IMG/VR virus record: IMGVR_UViG_3300021560_000007
Span: 1 to 45,022 of that record
Strand: one strand, 5' to 3'
Length of the DNA: 45,022 bases
From: a virus
Taxonomy: Duplodnaviria; Caudoviricetes
A model generated the notes under the pieces. The model was not told the DNA's origin, made no database searches, and was given only the letters and a program-made list of their open reading frames with translations. Made by a program: the position numbers and the translations under genes. Each line of letters starts with the position of its first letter. Position 1 is the stretch's first letter. Shown piece by piece: positions 36,643 to 42,862 of the stretch.

Positions 36643-36864
36643 TCACCGAATACGACCCAGAACGGGCCGGTTTTCGTCTGGTTCGAGCATGTTGTCGACC
36701 ACGCGACAACGCACGATCTCTGCTCTTGGCACGGGGTCTTCTGGTGTTTCCTCGCGCCAAACTCGGTTCCCCACGAGCAGGGCGGCTTGCGCCGCCTCCT
36801 CGGTGTCGAATACATAGTCAACGTGATCTTGTGGGTCATCAAACATCTGGTTGTCCTGTGTCAT
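36643..36864 (-). CDS. Acidic hypothetical protein
   Basis: 73 aa; SD GGAG; preferred over the overlapping 36579-36842 frame. Confidence 0.5.
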   Translation of the reverse strand: MTQDNQMFDDPQDHVDYVFDTEEAAQAALLVGNRVWREETPEDPVPRAEIVRCRVVDNMLEPDENRPVLGRIR

Positions 36865-37042
36865 TATTCTCGCTCCATGGTGTTGTGATGTTAAACCGGT
36901 CGAATAGCTCTTCTATCTCGCCATGGTCGCGATAAACCAGGGCGTGGAAGAGGATGTTTGTGTCCTCTTCTGTGGGGCATTCGGCTTGCGTCCAGAACAG
37001 CTTGCCTGCCTCGATGAATTCGTCTAAGGTCTCTTGGTCCAT
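36839..37042 (-). CDS. Acidic hypothetical protein
   Basis: 67 aa; SD AAGGAG; after promoter P9. Confidence 0.65.
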   Translation of the reverse strand: MDQETLDEFIEAGKLFWTQAECPTEEDTNILFHALVYRDHGEIEELFDRFNITTPWSENNDTGQPDV

Positions 37043-37138
37043 TTTTATCTCCTTGCGCCGAATATGTGCTCGGCCTGGTTTCCATGCTGAATTCTCATCT
37101 GGTTCGCTCCTTGCTGTGCGGGGCCGCCCCGCGCGACC

Positions 37139-37167
37139 AGTAAAACACGGGCGGGCCGCGCCGTCAA
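37139..37167 (-). promoter_or_regulatory. Sigma70 promoter P9
   Basis: TTGACG-17-TTTACT with GTG; upstream CACAAAGACATC identical to P3. Confidence 0.75.
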
Positions 37168-37186
37168 GATGTCTTTGTGGCAGAAA

Positions 37187-37387
37187 TTAAAGAATAGGCT
37201 GGCCGCGCTTTGGGCCGCTCGGGCTGAATACCCTAACTAATCGGCGAATTTCGCCCTTAACTTTATAAATATGAACGAATAACGCGCCGTGCCGAATCAT
37301 TTTTATAGCACAGCGAATTGCGTCCTCTGAAAGCCGATAATGAACGGGACGACCTTCAGCGCGCGAATCTACGACTTCGTAAGCCAT
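37187..37387 (-). CDS. Small basic protein, probably leaderless
   Basis: ATG only 5 nt after the -10 box of P10; no SD. Confidence 0.55.
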   Translation of the reverse strand: MAYEVVDSRAEGRPVHYRLSEDAIRCAIKMIRHGALFVHIYKVKGEIRRLVRVFSPSGPKRGQPIL

Positions 37388-37392
37388 GCCGA

Positions 37393-37421
37393 ATTATAGC
37401 ACGGCGGGCAGCCGGAGTCAA
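37393..37421 (-). promoter_or_regulatory. Sigma70 promoter P10
   Basis: TTGACT-17-TATAAT with GTG. Confidence 0.85.
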
Positions 37422-37665
37422 TATATCTTTGCGCTTATCTAGGCCCAATGCATTCCTTAATTTTCCAGGTACTGTCCCTCCCTGTGTGTATATTTAATTT
37501 TGTTTAAAAGGGTGGAGGTTTTGTTACGCGGGACCGAAGGGGGTACTGCAAGATTTTATTGCACAATGTCTTCTATCTGTGGGGTGTAGCGGCGCGGGGG
37601 CGGGCGCTAAAAGTCGCTCTATTTTACCGCGCATTAAGCACGCACAACTTTGCGCAGTACGGAAA

Positions 37666-37935
37666 GCGCGGTGTTCTACTTATGACATTCGGCCGTGCTT
37701 CGAGGCGCTGAGCGTAAGGATAAAAACAGCGCAGTTCTACTTATGACATTCGGCCATGATTCGGTGCGTGAAGTAGAACACCGAGCAAAAAGAAAGCGAC
37801 AAGTGCGTAACAAAGGCATAATTCGCCTTCCCGCAGGTTGCAGGTTAGTTGCGCTACACTACGCGCGGCGGTTGTTACACGCCGCGCGTGTGTTTACATG
37901 TCGTTGTAGATGGAAAGGGCAGCAAGTAGAACTGC
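37666..37935. repeat. Direct and inverted repeat cluster (GTTCTACTT core x4) in the largest non-coding gap; candidate origin or packaging site
   Basis: 22-bp direct repeat at 37673-37694 and 37734-37755; inverted copies at 37771-37783 and 37924-37935. Confidence 0.7.
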
Positions 37936-37968
37936 CCAGAAGATCATCATTGTGATCATGGGAGCAAA

Positions 37969-37990
37969 CGGGGCGGCTCTCGCCGCCCCG
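37969..37990 (-). terminator. Hairpin terminator after the 38000-38497 gene
   Basis: CGGGGCGGC-gaga-GCCGCCCCG followed by TTT on the minus strand. Confidence 0.6.
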
Positions 37991-37999
37991 CCCTTTCTG

Positions 38000-38497
38000 C
38001 TAGCCGTTGTTCCACTTGGCCACGAAGGCCATCGCGGCCTCGTCGCCTTCGTCAGCGAGCGCTTGGACGCTCACTTCGCCATCCGGCGTCCGAAGCACGC
38101 CGGTCTTGCCGACGATGCCCCGCAGGACGATCGAACCCGACATCCGGAACCGGCCCTTCCAGCCGTGGCTTGTGGTTGACCAGCGCGAGTAGTCCACGCC
38201 GTTCGCGTCCAAGATCGCCACGAAGCGATCGAAGTCAAACTCGCCCTTGATGATTGTCTCCGCCTGCAACTCGCGTTGCAACCAGTCGCCGTTTCCGCGC
38301 CTGCTCGCCTTGTCGGTGAGGCCGGCGGCCTTGGCCCGTGCCCTGTACTCGTTCTTGAACTTGGGCTTGACCACCGTCTTGGGGGCGGGAGGCACGAGCA
38401 CCGCAAGCTCGTAGCCTGTGACTTCGACCACGGTCTCCGGGGTCGTGTTGTCCACGAGGACTTCGGTCTCCGTGGCCGTGTTGTTGCGCTTTGCCAT
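38000..38497 (-). CDS. Early protein, paralog family A copy 1
   Basis: ATG at 38497 (MAKRNNT), SD GAGG; TSHGWKGRFRMSG motif; promoter P11. Confidence 0.85.
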   Translation of the reverse strand: MAKRNNTATETEVLVDNTTPETVVEVTGYELAVLVPPAPKTVVKPKFKNEYRARAKAAGLTDKASRRGNGDWLQRELQAETIIKGEFDFDRFVAILDANGVDYSRWSTTSHGWKGRFRMSGSIVLRGIVGKTGVLRTPDGEVSVQALADEGDEAAMAFVAKWNNG

Positions 38498-38579
38498 TTT
38501 ACTACCTCTGGTTGTGCTCCCCGCTCCGCCCCGTGGCGGAGGGCGGGGAGCGCGCGGGGCGAGCCGCCCCGACACGCGC

Positions 38580-38608
38580 ACTCTACCACAGCGCGCGCTC
38601 GCTGTCAA
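38580..38608 (-). promoter_or_regulatory. Sigma70 promoter P11
   Basis: TTGACA-17-TAGAGT with GTG. Confidence 0.7.
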
Positions 38609-38804
38609 GCGGCGCTTCTGCAAGGCTGGCTTGCAAGCGCGCAAGCGGCGACGCAAGCCGCGTGGCACGGGGCTTGCTGGAGTTGCAACAACGCCGAGTT
38701 GTGTGCAGCGGCGAAGAAGAACCCCCCACGGCCAAGTTGTACAACCGGAAGTTGCAGCGGGTCCTCCGCGAGCTGCGAACAATGTAACATTTATACTGCT
38801 ATCA

Positions 38805-38834
38805 TTGACAGCGTATGCCCGCCCGTGGTACAAT
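38805..38834 (+). promoter_or_regulatory. Rightward sigma70 promoter P12 (divergent from P11)
   Basis: TTGACA-18-TACAAT with GTG; upstream of the PEP-CTERM/terminase genes. Confidence 0.75.
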
Positions 38835-39005
38835 GCGCGTCTGCGCTCGAAGATATGCAAAATCCTGCGCGGTAAGCCCTCAATAGATGGCCCCGAAGTA
38901 TTGGCTGACTAAAGAGAGTGGTGAGGCCAAATAGGGTGGTCCATCTGGGGCTTGCTAGGCTGGGCACTTGAACTGGGATCTGTTTCTCGCGAAGGAGGCA
39001 ACTAC

Positions 39006-39734
39006 ATGATTCGGTCCGCTCTTCTCTCAGGTGTTTTCCTGGCCGCATTCGGCTCGGTGCCCGCGCACGCTGTCTTGGAGATTTCTGCCTCCATCGGCGG
39101 ATCCACATTCACTTGTGTGGACAATTCGGCGTGTGACACTAATCCCACTGTCGGATCGTTGACCACCAATCCAGTCACTCTGGCAGGGATCGAATTCAGC
39201 GCGAGTAATTCGCTGTCTCTTTCGGGTCCTCTGGACGCATTGAGCTCGTCCTTTAACTTAATCCGGAATACATCGGCCAGCCCAGTTCTCATTCGGCTCG
39301 CTGTTGGCGACACGGATTATACATTCCCGGTTCTGGCGTTCCATACAGCGGGAAGCGGAACTTGGCAGGGCCCCGGCGGGAGTTCAGCCCAGCAGAATTG
39401 GTTCGTCGACCCAGCCAATTCACAGGGGGCGTCCACTCCGACCACAACTCCGGGGGTGCAAATAGACACCGATTCGTTTACCTCCCCCGGCGTCGGAGTT
39501 CTAGGCTTCGCCCACAATGGAGGCCCCCTATTCGCCTCTCCGACAGAATTCAGCATGACGGAGCAGAGCGTTTTGGTCCTTCTTCCGGGCGGGAGCATCG
39601 TGAACGCGGGCGAGACGATGATCGGCTCCGCCGTAGTTCCGGAGGCATCCACTTGGGCGATGCTCGGTATCGGCGCGGCATTCATGGCCTACGGCATTCG
39701 GCGACGGAATCGTGACCACCGATTTTCCATCTGA
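39006..39734 (+). CDS. Exported protein with PEP-CTERM (PEPxxWA-type) sorting signal
   Basis: SD AAGGAGG; signal peptide MIRSALL...PAHA; C-terminal VPEASTWAMLGIGAAFMAYGIRRRNR. Confidence 0.85.
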   Translation: MIRSALLSGVFLAAFGSVPAHAVLEISASIGGSTFTCVDNSACDTNPTVGSLTTNPVTLAGIEFSASNSLSLSGPLDALSSSFNLIRNTSASPVLIRLAVGDTDYTFPVLAFHTAGSGTWQGPGGSSAQQNWFVDPANSQGASTPTTTPGVQIDTDSFTSPGVGVLGFAHNGGPLFASPTEFSMTEQSVLVLLPGGSIVNAGETMIGSAVVPEASTWAMLGIGAAFMAYGIRRRNRDHRFSI

Positions 39735-40206
39735 TCTATCCCCGATTCCCACCCAACCGTGGGATGAAAGGCCTGATTCGCTGCCTCTGACCGTTGAAGA
39801 GGCGCGGACAGCGTTGTGGCTGGACGGTGGGAGTATTCCGAAAGCGGCTGCGCGGTTGAAGGTGGCGCCTAACCGCCTCAGGAACTATATTCGGTCCAGC
39901 CCGCGCTTGCTCGCCGAACAAAACGAAGCGCGAGAACAACTCGCCGATCGCGCCGAAGAAATAGTCTGCGAGGCGCTGAATGATCCCATTGATCCGGGTC
40001 GGCGCGACGGGATGGCGAAATTCCTTTTGTCGTCATATATTGGGCGTACAAGGGGCTATGGTTCAGGGCCGGGGAAAATCAGCATCAATTCGGGTGGCGG
40101 GAATATAATTGTCACATGGGGGGATGGAACCCCATTGAGCGACCCGGACAAGGACGAGAATACTATTGAAGGAACGGTGGTTCGGGAGGACCAAGATGCA
40201 GCATGA
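39712..40206 (+). CDS. Terminase small subunit (putative)
   Basis: HTH (G.I.KAA.RL.V...L..YI), AKF.L...GR.RGYG, I.VTW; upstream of TerL. Confidence 0.7.
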   Translation: MTTDFPSDLSPIPTQPWDERPDSLPLTVEEARTALWLDGGSIPKAAARLKVAPNRLRNYIRSSPRLLAEQNEAREQLADRAEEIVCEALNDPIDPGRRDGMAKFLLSSYIGRTRGYGSGPGKISINSGGGNIIVTWGDGTPLSDPDKDENTIEGTVVREDQDAA

Positions 40207-40582
40207 AGTGAGCGTCACCGCGGAAGCGAAGACTGTCATCGATCTGGAACAAGAATTGCAGGATGCCCGATTCGAAATCTCTAATCTTCGAGCGGTGGTC
40301 GCCGAAGAGCGCGGTCGACGCATTCAGATGGAGCATATGCTCGACGACTACCTGCGCCGGAACAAATACCAGATTCAGGCGGCGGCGCAACAGGCGCAAC
40401 TGGCGCAATACCAGCAGATGGCGGCGAATGGTCAGATGAACGCGATGAACGCGTATCAGTATTCGCCGGCCAACGAGCAGGTGAACGATATTCGTCAGGG
40501 GCATTATGGGCATTGCACATGTGTTCCGGCGCGGTCGGACGCCATTGCTCCGCGTCGGTGGGGAGGCTTATTCGATCGGTAA
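40196..40582 (+). CDS. Coiled-coil hypothetical protein
   Basis: SD GGAGG; Gln-rich; HCTCVP.R. Confidence 0.6.
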   Translation: MQHEVSVTAEAKTVIDLEQELQDARFEISNLRAVVAEERGRRIQMEHMLDDYLRRNKYQIQAAAQQAQLAQYQQMAANGQMNAMNAYQYSPANEQVNDIRQGHYGHCTCVPARSDAIAPRRWGGLFDR

Positions 40583-40587
40583 CGGGG

Positions 40588-41913
40588 ATGAACGACGTTC
40601 CAACGCAGGACCAATTCGACGCCCCGAGGCGGATCGAAATCCCGTACGTCCCACGAGCGCATTTTCGGCCGCTTCATGCTTCTTCCAAACGATGGCAATT
40701 CGTCTGCGCTCATCGAAGGGCAGGCAAAACAGTTGCCGAGTATAACCATTTGCTTAGAGCCAGCCTTAGGAACCCGCGACGAGATCCTCCTCCGCGATAT
40801 GCTTACGTCGGCCCCTCTTTTGATCAAACTAAGGATCTTGTCTGGGGATATGCCAAGCATTACGCTGAACCTCTTCCCGGAGTCAAGTTTTACGAAGGCG
40901 ACCTCATGACGGTTCTTCCGAATGAGGCCAGCATTCGGCTATATGGAGGCGCGGCGGCTTACGAACGGATGCGCGGTGTCTATTTCGATGGAATCGTTCT
41001 TGACGAGTATCCGCTTCTTAATCCGGCGGTGTTCTCCACCGTGGTCCGGCCTTGTTTGGCTGACTATCGTGGGTTTGGTATTATCAGCGGCACCTCTAAT
41101 GGCGACGATCATTTTCATGCGTTGAAACAAAAGAACGAGCATAATCCGAACTGGGATTTCCATATCATTCCAGTGACGGGCACCGATGCATTGTTGCCGG
41201 AGGAAGTCGCCGAAATGACGGCGGACATGTCCCCGGATGAATATGCTCGGGAGATGTTATGCTCATTCGATGCCCCGATTGAAGGGTCGTATTACGCCGA
41301 GACGCTGAACAAGTTGCAACATGAGGGTCGAATTGGGAAGGTGGCTTGGGATCTCAATACTCCGGTCATAACGGCATGGGATTTGGGCATCCACGACATG
41401 ATGGTTGTCTGGTTCTATCAAGTCTGTGGAAGAGAAGTCCATGTCATTGATTATTTGCAAGGCTACGGACAGCCTCTATCATATTACACTCAAATCATCA
41501 ACGGCAAGAAGCTGGGTCCGAACGGGTCAATTCGATATCAATATAAAGCGCATTGCCTTCCACATGACGTCGAGGCACGCGAGTTGGCGACAGGCCAATC
41601 ACGACGACAGGTTCTATCCGATTTACTCGATGAGCCGATCATTGTTTCACCGCTTGCCTCTCCCGAGGATGGAATCGCGGCCGTTAGAGGTATCCTTGGT
41701 ATCGCCTGGTTTAACGACGACACAACTAAAAAGGGTATTTCTGCTCTACGCGCCTATAAGCGATCGAAACTGGGGCGTCCAGTTCACGATTGGGCGTCTC
41801 ATCCTGCTGACGGTTTTAGAACCCTTGCAACCAGTTTCCATTTGGTCAGCGGTTTCTATGGCACCAATGCCACGAAGGGACCGCTTCGACGCCGCATAAG
41901 AGGGACGATATGA
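40588..41913 (+). CDS. terL: Terminase large subunit
   Basis: HRRAGKT Walker A, LDE Walker B, AWDLG..D nuclease, SHPADGFR. Confidence 0.95.
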   Translation: MNDVPTQDQFDAPRRIEIPYVPRAHFRPLHASSKRWQFVCAHRRAGKTVAEYNHLLRASLRNPRRDPPPRYAYVGPSFDQTKDLVWGYAKHYAEPLPGVKFYEGDLMTVLPNEASIRLYGGAAAYERMRGVYFDGIVLDEYPLLNPAVFSTVVRPCLADYRGFGIISGTSNGDDHFHALKQKNEHNPNWDFHIIPVTGTDALLPEEVAEMTADMSPDEYAREMLCSFDAPIEGSYYAETLNKLQHEGRIGKVAWDLNTPVITAWDLGIHDMMVVWFYQVCGREVHVIDYLQGYGQPLSYYTQIINGKKLGPNGSIRYQYKAHCLPHDVEARELATGQSRRQVLSDLLDEPIIVSPLASPEDGIAAVRGILGIAWFNDDTTKKGISALRAYKRSKLGRPVHDWASHPADGFRTLATSFHLVSGFYGTNATKGPLRRRIRGTI

Positions 41914-42128
41914 CATTCGGTGAACAAGCGGTTGGGCTTAGCTTCAATCCAAGCGGCAATGCACAAGTGGATGCGCTCAAGAAGGCGTTCGCGCAGATCA
42001 TCGATATGTTGAATGATACTCGCGAGGAACTAAACGACGGTGAACAGAAGCGCCTCTATTCCATCGCCATCACCGAAGCGCAGGGGGCGCAGATGTGGGC
42101 CGTCAAAGCGGTGACGTGGAGAACGTAG
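41910..42128 (+). CDS. Acb2/Tad1-like cyclic-nucleotide sponge (anti-CBASS candidate)
   Basis: FNPSG...V..LK...A.IID...RL.SIAIT.A..A.MWAVKAVTW helical hairpin motif. Confidence 0.65.
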   Translation: MTFGEQAVGLSFNPSGNAQVDALKKAFAQIIDMLNDTREELNDGEQKRLYSIAITEAQGAQMWAVKAVTWRT

Positions 42129-42842
42129 ATGGATCCTACAATGCCTCCATGGCTGCAGGCATTGTTGCAGCAGACTTATCCCGGCAAACAGGACATGACT
42201 CCGAGCCAGGTTCAAGGCGCTGTGAATGAGCCGGGGCCTTGGAATGGAGCCGGAGTTCCATACGGACCTCCTACGCGACCGGGATATCAGCATCCCAATG
42301 TATTCCCGCAGGTGAATCAGCCATCTTCGATCGGCGCACTTGCCGCAACTCACGCCGGAATGCCTCCCGGCCCCAATTCGGTGTTCCCGCAGGTGAATAT
42401 GCCGCCAGCGGTTGAACAGATGCAGCGCTATCTCAATCTTGATCCGCGCAATTCTGGTGGGGCCAGTTCTCAGAGCGCAGTTCAACCCATTCCGAGCCCG
42501 CAACGAGCGAATCGGACGGCCAACAATCCTCCATTCGACACGTTCCAATACAATGTTCCAGGAACTCCGGGAGTATTGGCTGGTGGACAAGCAGGCGGGC
42601 AGAATCGATCGCCTATTTACACGGCACTCGATATGAGTAAACTTTTCGGCGGGGGTCCGATTGCCCCACCTGCTCCTTCAAGAGTGCCTATTTCGCCGCC
42701 CAATAGCCCTGCTAAAACTTCTTCTACCCCTTCTACTTATAGCAGGGTGGATCCGATGATGGGGCCGTTGCAGCGGGGTTCCGTCTGGCCAAATCGGATG
42801 GGTCCGTACATGAATCCTGATACAGCGGGATATGGCCCATGA
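42129..42842 (+). CDS. Pro/Gln-rich low-complexity hypothetical protein
   Basis: 237 aa, VFPQVN repeated twice; between TerL and portal. Confidence 0.6.
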   Translation: MDPTMPPWLQALLQQTYPGKQDMTPSQVQGAVNEPGPWNGAGVPYGPPTRPGYQHPNVFPQVNQPSSIGALAATHAGMPPGPNSVFPQVNMPPAVEQMQRYLNLDPRNSGGASSQSAVQPIPSPQRANRTANNPPFDTFQYNVPGTPGVLAGGQAGGQNRSPIYTALDMSKLFGGGPIAPPAPSRVPISPPNSPAKTSSTPSTYSRVDPMMGPLQRGSVWPNRMGPYMNPDTAGYGP

Positions 42843-42862
42843 GCTATTCGCCTGCAGGAGGC

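Noticed and set aside
36579-36842. 87-aa ORF MMTHKITL...
   Set aside because: Overlaps the SD-supported, more protein-like 36643-36864 frame; cannot be fully excluded
37673-37783. 22-bp repeats with 61-bp spacing as a mini CRISPR array
   Set aside because: Only two direct copies; the sequences after each copy resemble each other, the other copies are inverted, and no cas genes are present
37895-37960. Possible minus-strand hydrophobic peptide MITMMIFWAVLLAALSIYNDM
   Set aside because: It starts just after a terminator hairpin with no SD or promoter; support is insufficient
38498-38860. N-terminal 121 aa of the 286-aa ORF 38000-38860
   Set aside because: It runs through two promoters and GC hairpins; the SD-supported start is 38497
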